DNA of 64,000 nt from Bacteroidota bacterium (GTDB lineage Bacteria; Bacteroidota; Bacteroidia; UKL13-3): contig JAIXWD010000017.1 of NCBI GenBank assembly GCA_027482225.1, forward strand, positions 42,436-106,435. Direction: 5' to 3'. The notes under the pieces are model-generated. The model saw only the letters and a list, made by a program, of their open reading frames with translations. It searched no databases and was not told the DNA's origin. Within the stretch, counting starts at the first letter, position 1; the number at the start of each line of letters is the position of its first letter. Positions 9,110-18,383 of the stretch are shown here, one piece after another. The position numbers and the translations under genes are program-made.

Positions 9110-11197
9110 TTAAATACTTCCATTCCACTTTCTTACAAACCACTCTGTAGCTAACATCATCATCAACAAAACAAAAATCCACTTTAAATCAATCCAGCTT
9201 TTTACATCTTGATTTTGATAAATGATAGGCTTGATGCGCTCGTTCTTTTGAATAGCATCCGCTATTTTATTCATGTTGTTGAGGTAGTACATCTCGCCAC
9301 CTTGCTGGGTGGCAATTTCATTTAATAATTGATGGTTTGCGGTGGTTTGTGCAAACTCCATCTGCAATGGTTTTACAATAAATTGCCCTTTTACCTTTTG
9401 TGGTTGAGTGCCAACAGTTGTGTTGGCCTCAAAGTCGTAGGTTCCACTAGGCAATAAACCAACATTGAGCGTATATGCGTTATTGGTTTTATTAAAAGTA
9501 AAGGTGTAATTCTTGCCTTTACTATTTTTTAACACCATACTTAATTCAGGGTTATTAACTAACTGGTAACTTTCGTTGTACAATTCTGCATCAAATACCA
9601 CTGATTCGTTTTCTTCAATTTCTTTTTTACTGTTTACCCTAAAACGGCTTTGGTCTTTTTTGCTAGTTAGGTATTGAACCATACCACCCCAAATGGTTGA
9701 TGAAGTTTTTTGTTGACTGATGGCATAATCATACATACGCCATTTCCAGTAACCTTCTGCACAAAAAAAGCCACTTTTACTATTACTTCCTTTGGCAAAA
9801 AACACTAACGGATATTCTGTTTTTACGTAACCAATTTGTTGTTTAAATAAAACCTCCGCTTCGCCATTAATTTTATAACTACCAAATGGTGCCATTACAG
9901 GAGGAAACTTTTTAAGGTGTTCTTGCTCTTCTTTACTTAATGTAAACAAACTAAAGTTATTGTTATAAATTGGAGTCACTTCGTTCATGTTAACTATGCG
10001 TGTTCCGCCCACTTGTATGGTTGGTTCTAACTGGTTTAAATAACCCAAATTTGTTTGTGCCCCTATAACAAATAAAATCGGAATGTTCATTTCTTTGAGC
10101 TGTTTCAACAGAACTGTTCCTTCTCCATTATTTCCAGGCAATTGGTGGGAAATAACCAAACTATATTGTGCTAAATTATTTGGTGTTTGTTGTTGTGATA
10201 TGATGAATGTATTGGTGGTGTAGTTCTCTTGTTGGTTTAATGTTTTTTCAATAGCTGCAACATCAGGGTGCGGGGTGTATGCTAATAAGGCAATTTTTTG
10301 TTTTCCATCAATTACATTAATAAATAAATCCATACGGTTGTTTACTAAACTTACTTCATTGGTTATGGCACTTGCTTCAACAATTAAATGTTGTGTACCT
10401 ACTTCGTTTGCAGTAAGGTTGGTTAATAGCGTATTAAAATATTTGTTACTTAGTAGCAGTTGTTGTTTAAACGTTGGTTTACCATTTTGTGTAATGGTAA
10501 TTTGTGTTGATTGGCCTGCTGCAGCAAAGGCAGCCAAATCTATTTGTAATGGAAAATTGTTGCCTTTAAAAACAAGCTGATTGGTGCGTACATTTTTTAT
10601 TAGCACATCTTTACGTTGTATTGTATCGCCTAGGCCAATTGTAAATACGGGTGCTTTAAGTTCGCTTGCTGCTTGTAGCGGATTTTCACCCTTGTTATAT
10701 AAGCCATCGCTGGCTAAAATAACAGCACCAAGATTTATACCATCGTACGTATTTTTTAGGGTAATGAAAAGTTGGTTAAGGTTGGTTTCTTTATCTATAA
10801 AGTCAGGTGATGTTGCTAGTTTACTTTCTTTACCAACAAGGTATTGCACCACATCATAATCATTACCCAGTTCTTTTTGTAAAATCTCAAATTGGTTGTT
10901 TAATGCTTTTTTTAATTGCAAGCTATCATTACCCATAGTAACGGACTGCGAGTTATCTACCGCAAATACAATTACTGGTTTTTGGGTTTGAGTAGTAATT
11001 AACTTTACCAACGGTCCAAGCAACAAAACCATCAAAATGAATAAAACAGAAAACCTAAATGCATGTATTAGCCACAAAAGTTGTTTAGCTCTTTTGCCTT
11101 CAACGTCTATAGGATTATTGCGGTACAAAAACCATGTTGCAGCAAGTGCAAGCAAAGCACCAATTATACCAAACCACCAAGGGTATTCAGATAACAT
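9110..11197 (-). CDS. Membrane-anchored vWA-domain protein
   Basis: Two N-terminal TM helices, MIDAS-like DNSQS and ASDG motifs, C-terminal TM with EWFVRKW. Confidence 0.75.
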   Translation of the reverse strand: MLSEYPWWFGIIGALLALAATWFLYRNNPIDVEGKRAKQLLWLIHAFRFSVLFILMVLLLGPLVKLITTQTQKPVIVFAVDNSQSVTMGNDSLQLKKALNNQFEILQKELGNDYDVVQYLVGKESKLATSPDFIDKETNLNQLFITLKNTYDGINLGAVILASDGLYNKGENPLQAASELKAPVFTIGLGDTIQRKDVLIKNVRTNQLVFKGNNFPLQIDLAAFAAAGQSTQITITQNGKPTFKQQLLLSNKYFNTLLTNLTANEVGTQHLIVEASAITNEVSLVNNRMDLFINVIDGKQKIALLAYTPHPDVAAIEKTLNQQENYTTNTFIISQQQTPNNLAQYSLVISHQLPGNNGEGTVLLKQLKEMNIPILFVIGAQTNLGYLNQLEPTIQVGGTRIVNMNEVTPIYNNNFSLFTLSKEEQEHLKKFPPVMAPFGSYKINGEAEVLFKQQIGYVKTEYPLVFFAKGSNSKSGFFCAEGYWKWRMYDYAISQQKTSSTIWGGMVQYLTSKKDQSRFRVNSKKEIEENESVVFDAELYNESYQLVNNPELSMVLKNSKGKNYTFTFNKTNNAYTLNVGLLPSGTYDFEANTTVGTQPQKVKGQFIVKPLQMEFAQTTANHQLLNEIATQQGGEMYYLNNMNKIADAIQKNERIKPIIYQNQDVKSWIDLKWIFVLLMMMLATEWFVRKWNGSI

Positions 11198-11226
11198 GTT
11201 TTAGTTAAGTTGTTTATTGTAAAATT

Positions 11227-11258
11227 AAAACGGGCAACATAATAAAGTTGCCCGTTTT
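11227..11258 (-). terminator. Intrinsic terminator after fabG
   Basis: AAAACGGGCAAC-8nt-GTTGCCCGTTTT inverted repeat. Confidence 0.75.
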
Positions 11259-11280
11259 TAAAACGATTCTCTTTTTATCG

Positions 11281-12030
11281 CTATTGCATTACCATTCCAC
11301 CATCAACACATATGGTTTGCCCGCTTACATATGTTGACAAATCTGAAGCTAAGTACAATACAGCGTTAGCTACATCTTCGGGCGATCCACCACGCTTTAA
11401 TGGAATACCTTTAACCCATTCAGCCCTTACTTCATCGCTCAAGGCCTCAGTCATTTCTGTTTCAATAAATCCAGGGGCAATAGCATTACAACGAATGTTG
11501 CGTGAACCCAGTTCTTTGGCAATAGATTTTGTTAAACCAATCATTCCAGCTTTTGATGCAGCATAATTAGCTTGTCCTGCATTACCTGTTATGCCAACTA
11601 CTGAAGTGATGTTGATAATAGAACCAAAGCGGTTTTTCATCATTGGGCGTTGAACGGCTTTAATCATTGCAAATGCCGATTTTAAATTGGTATCCATTAC
11701 CTCGTCCCACATTTCTTCTGTCATGCGCATTAACAGGTTATCTTTAGTAATGCCTGCATTGTTTACCAATATATCTAAGTTGCCAAATTCAGTAACTATT
11801 TCGTTTACCAATATTTCTGCTTCTGCAAAATGCGCTGCATTACTTTGGTAGCCTTTGGCCTTAACCCCAAGAGCAGATAGTTCAGCTTCAAATGTTTTTG
11901 CTTTTTCTACCGAGCTTACAAATGTAAAAGCCACGTTGGAGCCTTGTTGAGCTAGTTTTAAAGCTATACCTTTACCTATGCCACGGGTAGCCCCGGTAAC
12001 TAATGCGGTTTTTCCTGCTAATAATGTCAT
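11281..12030 (-). CDS. fabG: 3-oxoacyl-ACP reductase
   Basis: TGATRGIG, NNAGIT, YAASK and PGFIETEMT SDR motifs. Confidence 0.95.
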   Translation of the reverse strand: MTLLAGKTALVTGATRGIGKGIALKLAQQGSNVAFTFVSSVEKAKTFEAELSALGVKAKGYQSNAAHFAEAEILVNEIVTEFGNLDILVNNAGITKDNLLMRMTEEMWDEVMDTNLKSAFAMIKAVQRPMMKNRFGSIINITSVVGITGNAGQANYAASKAGMIGLTKSIAKELGSRNIRCNAIAPGFIETEMTEALSDEVRAEWVKGIPLKRGGSPEDVANAVLYLASDLSTYVSGQTICVDGGMVMQ

Positions 12031-12350
12031 GATTGTTAATTTTAAACTTTGGTAAAACTATACTCTATCGTGGTTTTACGCAAATATTCTTTTCCAAATT
12101 TTACATTAAAAACGACTTGACAATTAAGCGGTTGTAAATTAACCCTTTTTTTACATCCCCCTAACAAGCCTGTTTCTTATTAGCTGCAGCGTAATAATGG
12201 TTTTAATTATGCACCATAATTTGGGTTTAAAAATTATTAGTTTAAAACTGGTATAATCATCCAATAGGTTAAGGGTGGTGAATATTTATCAGTATTCTTT
12301 TAGTAATAACCTGAGCGTATGCTTTAAATTATTAGTATTAGTTTTGCAGA

Positions 12351-12700
12351 ATGAATTTTTTCTCGGCTCAAGAAACGCTTACTATTACACTAACTCTTTT
12401 TGCCATTATTGATATTTTTAGAACCGACCCCGATGAAAAATCAGGAAGCATAATACCTATTGCTTTTCAATCATTGCAGGAAGTGGGACTTTAACTATCA
12501 TCATCTCTTTAAAAGCGGTTTATCAAATGCAAAATATTGTGTTGGGCATTGTACTTAATTTAATTATTGTTTACATCGTACTTAAATCTAGCAAACACAT
12601 AGAGCACGTACTAGGTAAATCGGGGTTAATATTGGTACGTAAATTTTTTGGAATTGTGTTGTTGGCTATTGCGGTTAAGTTATTTAAAACCAACCTATAA
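12351..12700 (+). pseudogene. MarC-family membrane protein pseudogene (internal deletion plus frameshift)
   Basis: Reads MNFFSAQETLTITLTLFAIIDI/FRTDPDEKSGSIIPIAF, then shifts frame near 12468 into IIAGSGTLTIIISLKAVY...LGKSGLILVRKFFGIVLLAIAVKLFKTNL*. This is a recognisable MarC N-terminus and C-terminal half with the middle missing. Confidence 0.8.
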
Positions 12701-13090
12701 TTACTACGTTTTAAATATAATGAAAACGGCATTTACGAATACAATGATGCTAAAGGCCTCTTGTATCGTTTTGATTTCAAACATATTAAATGGTTTGCCA
12801 TGTGCGGTATGCTTAATTCTGATGCTTAGAAACTGAAATGCATTTAAAATAACAAGGCAATCAAACAGCTAATAAATATAATGGTACTAAACCCTTAACA
12901 TTTAAGTTAATCTATTTTTTGGAAAAGTTAATGACCATCATAAGTAAAGGGTATTAATAGCTAATAAATATTAAGTAAAAGAATAGAATAGATGGGTTTC
13001 ATTTTGAAGATTTTAACTCTATTACGAAGTAAATTTTTTTTAAAACATACAAAAATGTAGTTTCGCACATTATAATACTAATTAATTGAG

Positions 13091-13438
13091 ATGAAGCAAC
13101 ATATTGAATCAATAAAAAAGACCCTTGCTGGTGAAGGAATTGGAGCTAATGTAATTGACCAATTAAAGGAATTACGCGACTGGTTTAAAGCCAACCGTGA
13201 AGAGCCTGGTTATGTAAAAATGATCCGTTTGGCCTACGAGAACATTGAGGAAAACAATGACTATACTTTTTTATACTTAGAGGAAGAAGATGGTAAAGGT
13301 AATTTAGAATATTTTATTGATTTGTTGGCCGACTATAATAACAAATACAATAAAGAAGAACTACAAGATATTAAAAACTTAATGTTGGGTATTGAGCCTG
13401 AAGATGAGGAAGAAGATCAACCAGAAGTGGCTGAGTAA
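13091..13438 (+). CDS. Small acidic hypothetical protein
   Basis: 115-aa ORF with a -7-like motif (TAGTTTCG 13058-13065) upstream and a terminator downstream. Confidence 0.8.
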   Translation: MKQHIESIKKTLAGEGIGANVIDQLKELRDWFKANREEPGYVKMIRLAYENIEENNDYTFLYLEEEDGKGNLEYFIDLLADYNNKYNKEELQDIKNLMLGIEPEDEEEDQPEVAE

Positions 13439-13458
13439 TTTATTATAAAATTTATTTG

Positions 13459-13494
13459 AAAAGGCTGTCTCAATTTTTTGAGGTAGCCTTTTTT
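13459..13494 (+). terminator. Intrinsic terminator
   Basis: AAAAGGCTGTCTCAA...TTGAGGTAGCCTTTTTT hairpin with U-tract. Confidence 0.75.
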
Positions 13495-13641
13495 AATGAT
13501 TTACAGGTTTGGTCTTTACCATCCGCTTTAATATTGTACTAGTTATATTACTAAAATGATGTATTTAAGATAGGATTAATATTTGTTTCATAAATACCTT
13601 ACGCTTTAATGGCCTAACTAACAGGTCAAATTTTACTTATT

Positions 13642-13677
13642 AAAAAGCCCGATAAACTATTGTTTATCGGGCTTTTT
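13642..13677 (-). terminator. Intrinsic terminator after dxs
   Basis: AAAAAGCCCGATAAAC-TATT-GTTTATCGGGCTTTTT perfect inverted repeat. Confidence 0.8.
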
Positions 13678-13697
13678 AGACATGTATTTAATTTTGT

Positions 13698-15620
13698 TTA
13701 TGCTGAAATACTTTCTTTTATTAAACTACGTACTGTTTTAATAATGCTATCTACATCATAACCACACTCTGCATAAAGTTCGTTCGGTTCCCCATGTTCA
13801 ACAATCCGATCGGGCATGCCTAACATTTTAATTTCGGAATTGTATTTATGTTCAGCCATAAACTCTAAAACAGCACTTCCAAAACCGCCAATAGTAGTTC
13901 CGTCTTCTATGGTAATAATCTTTTTGTATTTGGAAAAAACATTGTGTAATAAATCTGCATCAATAGGTTTAACAAAACGTAAGTCAAAGTGCCCAACACT
14001 TATCCCTTCAGTTGCTAATTTTTCAATGGCAGTTGCCGCCATATTACCTACCGTACCAAAACTTAAAATGGCCAATTCGTTTCCATCTCTCAATACCCTA
14101 CCTTTTCCAATTTGCATTTCTTTTAATGGAGTTCTCCATTCGGGCATCACACCATTACCTCTTGGGTAACGTATGCTAATTGGTCCTGCATTTTTATCCA
14201 AACTAGCTGTGTACATCATATCGCGCAGCTCTTCCTCATTCATAGGTGCACCAACAACCATGTTAGGTACACAACGCATGTAGGGCACATCAATCATACC
14301 ATGGTGTGTTTGTCCATCTGCACCGGCAATGCCAGCACGGTCCATACATAATACCACGTGTAATTTTTGCAAAGCAACATCATGCACCACCTGATCATAA
14401 GCACGTTGCATAAATGAGGAATAAATATTACAAAATGGTACCAAACCTTGCGTGGCTAATCCTGCACTAAAAGTAACTGCATGTTGCTCGGCAATGCCTA
14501 CATCAAATGCGCGATTTGGCATGGCTTTCATCATTATATTCATTGATGAACCTGAAGGCATTGCAGGTGTAATGCCTACAATTTTTTCATTTTTCTCGGC
14601 CAATTCAACTAAAGTATGTCCAAATACATCTTGGTATTTTGGAGGCTGTGGTTTGTCGGGTGTACTTTTATAAATTTCTCCTGTAACTTTATCAAATAAA
14701 CCCGGAGCATGCCATTTGGTTTGGTCTTTTTCAGCTAAAGCATAACCCTTGCCTTTAACAGTAACACAATGCAGTAACTTAGGTCCTGGTATTTTTTTTA
14801 AATCGTTCATCACCTTAACCAAGTGGTTCACATCATGTCCATCAATTGGGCCAAAATAACGGAACTTTAATGATTCAAAAAGGTTGCTGTGTTTAAGTAA
14901 CCCACCCTTAAGTGTGTCGTGTACTTTAGAGATGATATCTTGCGAAACGTGCCCAACACCTTTTAACTTATCAAGCGCTTTCCAAACGTCATCTTTAAAT
15001 TTATTGTAAGTAGGAGATGTGGTAATATCTGTTAAGTATTCTTTTAGTGCACCCACGTTAGGGTCTATACTCATACAGTTGTCGTTTAACACCACAATCA
15101 AATTGCTATCTTCAACTCCTGCATGATTTAGTCCCTCAAAGGCTAATCCAGCTGTCATAGCACCATCGCCAATAATAGCAATGTGTTGCCTATCTAATTC
15201 TCCTTTTAAACGGCTTGCAACAGCCATACCCAATGCAGCTGATATGGAAGTAGACGAATGTCCTACTCCAAATGTATCGTATTCGCTCTCGGCACGTTTT
15301 GGAAAGCCGCTTATGCCTTTGTAAACCCTATTGGTATGAAATTCATTTCTACGACCAGTTAATATTTTATGGCCATATGCTTGATGCCCAACATCCCAAA
15401 CTAATTGATCGTATGGCGTATTAAATGCGTAATGTAAAGCCACAGATAGCTCTACTACCCCAAGGCTTGCACCAAAATGGCCACCGTATACCGAAACGGT
15501 ATCAATAATGTATTGCCTCAACTCCGCACAAACGTTGACTAAATCTTCTTCTTTAACCTTGCGCAAATCGGCAGGAAACTCTATAGGCTTTAAATGCTTA
15601 CCAGGTTTAATTTCCATCAT
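13698..15620 (-). CDS. dxs: 1-deoxy-D-xylulose-5-phosphate synthase
   Basis: GGHFGASLGVVEL, WDVGHQAY, GDGAMTAG, DVGIAEQHAV and IRYPRG motifs. Confidence 0.97.
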   Translation of the reverse strand: MMEIKPGKHLKPIEFPADLRKVKEEDLVNVCAELRQYIIDTVSVYGGHFGASLGVVELSVALHYAFNTPYDQLVWDVGHQAYGHKILTGRRNEFHTNRVYKGISGFPKRAESEYDTFGVGHSSTSISAALGMAVASRLKGELDRQHIAIIGDGAMTAGLAFEGLNHAGVEDSNLIVVLNDNCMSIDPNVGALKEYLTDITTSPTYNKFKDDVWKALDKLKGVGHVSQDIISKVHDTLKGGLLKHSNLFESLKFRYFGPIDGHDVNHLVKVMNDLKKIPGPKLLHCVTVKGKGYALAEKDQTKWHAPGLFDKVTGEIYKSTPDKPQPPKYQDVFGHTLVELAEKNEKIVGITPAMPSGSSMNIMMKAMPNRAFDVGIAEQHAVTFSAGLATQGLVPFCNIYSSFMQRAYDQVVHDVALQKLHVVLCMDRAGIAGADGQTHHGMIDVPYMRCVPNMVVGAPMNEEELRDMMYTASLDKNAGPISIRYPRGNGVMPEWRTPLKEMQIGKGRVLRDGNELAILSFGTVGNMAATAIEKLATEGISVGHFDLRFVKPIDADLLHNVFSKYKKIITIEDGTTIGGFGSAVLEFMAEHKYNSEIKMLGMPDRIVEHGEPNELYAECGYDVDSIIKTVRSLIKESISA

Positions 15621-15759
15621 AATTTTATTAACAGCTTAACAAGGCAAATGTTTATTATTCTATTGCTTTGCTTTGGCTTTTATTACAAACGGTAAAAGTA
15701 CGTATTTGGTTTAAAGTATAAAAATAATGTTCGCAACCATTGAAATTGTTTAGCATAAG

Positions 15760-15804
15760 CATAAGAATGCCCCCATTAAGTGTCTAACTTTTTGGGGGCA
15801 CCCA
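15760..15804 (-). mobile_element. Probable IS3-family left-end remnant (IRL only), also forming a hairpin
   Basis: Minus strand TGGGTGCCCCCAAAAAGTTAGACACTTAATGGGGGCATTCTTATG resembles IS3/IS150-group ends (TG...CCCCAAAAGTTAGACA) followed by an ATG. No transposase ORF follows. Confidence 0.5.
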
Positions 15805-15831
15805 AAGGAGCAATTTTTTGTAGTATAAATG

Positions 15832-16638
15832 TTATAATCTTGCGTCTGTTATTAATAAGTCTTCACGTGTTGGTACACATATTACTGGAATTGGCGAGTT
15901 GTTAACCATTTGTTGAGCAAACTTACCCAAGAAAAACGAACCTAGTTGAGGCTCTTGTTCGGTCATAATTACGATTAAGTCAGCTATAATTTCTTCAGCA
16001 TACATGATGGTTGCATTGGTGATATTACCTCCCAATCGTTTTTCTGAAGTCCATGAAATATTATGATCTTCAATACTATTAATGGCCTGGCGTGAGTAAT
16101 TATTTATAACATGCTCGGCTTCTTTATCTTTTCCAGTTGAAACGCCTAAAATGTGTATGCTAGCTTTTAGTGCTTCAGCCAAATCAATGGCTACAGGTAT
16201 TTTTTGTCTTGATTCAAAAGAGGTATCCATTGGAACAACTATCATTTTAAAGTCTGTTGATCGGGCATCATCTCTGATGGTAAGAACCGGACATTTAGCA
16301 GAACTCACTACCTTATTTGCATTACTACCTAACCAAAATTCCTGAAAACCAGTATTTCCGTGTGTTCCCATTACAATTAAATCAGCCTGCACGTCAAGCG
16401 ATTTAACAATAATTTCTTTATAAACACTGCCCTTACTCTCGGAGTAGGAGTGAGGCGTTGTACCCAGAACACTGGCTACTTTTTGTCTCACCTCATCAGA
16501 GGTAGAGTCTTCTGTTACATGATGCACATAAAGTGAAGCACGATATGCATTGGCTAACGATAAAGCAGCCTTAAGAGCCATGGTTGAGCAACTTGATGTG
16601 TCAACCGCTACAATTATTTTGGTGATGTGTGTGGCCAT
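15832..16638 (-). CDS. Universal stress protein (two USP domains)
   Basis: IIVAVDTS, ADLIVMGTHG..G, LGSNANKVV...CPVLTI and a second USP domain. Confidence 0.92.
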   Translation of the reverse strand: MATHITKIIVAVDTSSCSTMALKAALSLANAYRASLYVHHVTEDSTSDEVRQKVASVLGTTPHSYSESKGSVYKEIIVKSLDVQADLIVMGTHGNTGFQEFWLGSNANKVVSSAKCPVLTIRDDARSTDFKMIVVPMDTSFESRQKIPVAIDLAEALKASIHILGVSTGKDKEAEHVINNYSRQAINSIEDHNISWTSEKRLGGNITNATIMYAEEIIADLIVIMTEQEPQLGSFFLGKFAQQMVNNSPIPVICVPTREDLLITDARL

Positions 16639-16700
16639 AAATTAATGATTTTATTAAGTACAATGTAAATAAAAATAGCCACACTACCAAATATAATGCG

Positions 16701-17483
16701 CTATTCGCCTTTAAATTCTGGCTTGCGCTTTTCGTTAAACGCGCTAACTCCTTCTTTATAATCAGCGCTTCTACCTGATATTTCTTGACAGTATGCTTCA
16801 TATTGTAGCATTGTGTCTAAGTCGCTGTGGAACGATTTATTCAACATTTTTTTCATTAAGCCAATTGCCTTCGTTGGTGCATTAGCATAATACTCGGCAA
16901 TTTTTAAAGTCTCTGTATCTAAATCCTCGTGTTTAACAACGCGGTTTACCATACCCCACTCTAAAGCTTGGCTTGCCGTAACTTTTGTGCCCATTGTTGC
17001 TAATTCAAATGCACGTGCCGATCCAACTATACGCGGTAAAAAATAACTCGAACCAGAATCTAAAACTAAACCTACATTAATAAATACTTCAATTAAAGAG
17101 GCATTTTCACTGGCTACAATTATGTCGCTAGCCAATGCCATACTGCAACCAGCACCAGCAGCTACTCCGTTTAATTTACAAATAATTGGAACTGGTAAAT
17201 TGCGCATTGCCTTTATCATAGGGTTATAGCGCGTATACAAACTATCGCTTAATGAGCGGTTTTTTGCTCCCGCTATCGACTTTAAATCTTGTCCGCTGCA
17301 AAATGCCTTGCCCGCTCCTGTTAAAATAACTACACGTATTGATTTATCGCGATCAATCTTTTTTAATGCATCAATTACATCAAAACTTTGTTGCTCATTA
17401 AAAGCATTAAAAACATCTGGCCGATTAAGTGTTAATGTGGCAATGCCATTGTTAACTTCAAATAAAATAGTTTCGTATTGCAT
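16701..17483 (-). CDS. Enoyl-CoA hydratase/isomerase (PaaG-like)
   Basis: LNRPDVFNA, AFCSGQDL, NGVAAGAG and C-terminal EKRKPEFKG. Confidence 0.9.
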   Translation of the reverse strand: MQYETILFEVNNGIATLTLNRPDVFNAFNEQQSFDVIDALKKIDRDKSIRVVILTGAGKAFCSGQDLKSIAGAKNRSLSDSLYTRYNPMIKAMRNLPVPIICKLNGVAAGAGCSMALASDIIVASENASLIEVFINVGLVLDSGSSYFLPRIVGSARAFELATMGTKVTASQALEWGMVNRVVKHEDLDTETLKIAEYYANAPTKAIGLMKKMLNKSFHSDLDTMLQYEAYCQEISGRSADYKEGVSAFNEKRKPEFKGE

Positions 17484-17521
17484 AAGTGTATTGTTTTAGT
17501 TTAACCAATCCCTGCTTGTGC

Positions 17522-18340
17522 TTATGTAAAAAGCTCTTCAAAAACACGTTTGGTTTCGGGGGTGGCAAGTTCATGTTTTTTTTGCAAAATAAATATCCGC
17601 CTATTCTTTAATTTATTAATATATTTTATCATACCATTTGGTGGTGTGATGCTGTCGTTTTTACCCACAATTAGTATTACATTTATATTGCTGTTATTAA
17701 GGGTTTGAGCAAAGGTTTTAAAATTTGTTTTTAACTTACGTTGGGCGTACCAAGTATTAAATACTTTTTCAATACGTTCTTGTTTACCAACAAATTTCGA
17801 GGTGAAAACGTACACACTTCGAGCTAAAATTTTCCAATGGTATAATCGCTCAACCCAGCTTTGTAAAGCCCCTGGTGTATTAACGAAATATTTAAAAAGA
17901 TATAAACCCAAAGGATTATTTGTAGTAAAATTTAAAAATTTGTTAAACGAAAATGTGGGTGGAGACAACAAAATAAAATAATCAATGCGATGGGAGAAAT
18001 TACGCACCAAAGCCCTTGCTAATCTGGCGCCCATACTAAATGAACAAACTGAAAAATTTTCAGCATGAAGGTCCTCTTGTTTGGCAATTCCACTCACAAT
18101 GTTCTGCATGTCCTCATCTAAAAAATCTTCTTGTTCTTGCCATACACTATCACCATGCCAAAAAAAATCAATGGCTATTATTGTAAATTGTTTTCCCAGA
18201 ACATCCTCAAAATAAGCATATTCTCTACCTGTTTGGTTGTATCCATGGAAAGCAACCATTACGTTTTTGCCTGTCCCAAATCGGTGGTAAGATATGCATG
18301 AGTTTTTGTATAGAAATAGGTTCTTATCCATGATTTTCAT
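17522..18340 (-). CDS. Alpha/beta hydrolase fold protein
   Basis: FHGY, HGDS, nucleophile elbow SFSMG, GKND, C-terminal His. Confidence 0.8.
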   Translation of the reverse strand: MKIMDKNLFLYKNSCISYHRFGTGKNVMVAFHGYNQTGREYAYFEDVLGKQFTIIAIDFFWHGDSVWQEQEDFLDEDMQNIVSGIAKQEDLHAENFSVCSFSMGARLARALVRNFSHRIDYFILLSPPTFSFNKFLNFTTNNPLGLYLFKYFVNTPGALQSWVERLYHWKILARSVYVFTSKFVGKQERIEKVFNTWYAQRKLKTNFKTFAQTLNNSNINVILIVGKNDSITPPNGMIKYINKLKNRRIFILQKKHELATPETKRVFEELFT

Positions 18341-18383
18341 GTTTCAATTCTCATCATTGCTTACATAAACTTATCTTTACCGC

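Noticed and set aside
12648-12836. 62-aa ORF in the track
   Set aside because: It starts out of frame inside the marC remnant and has no recognisable features.
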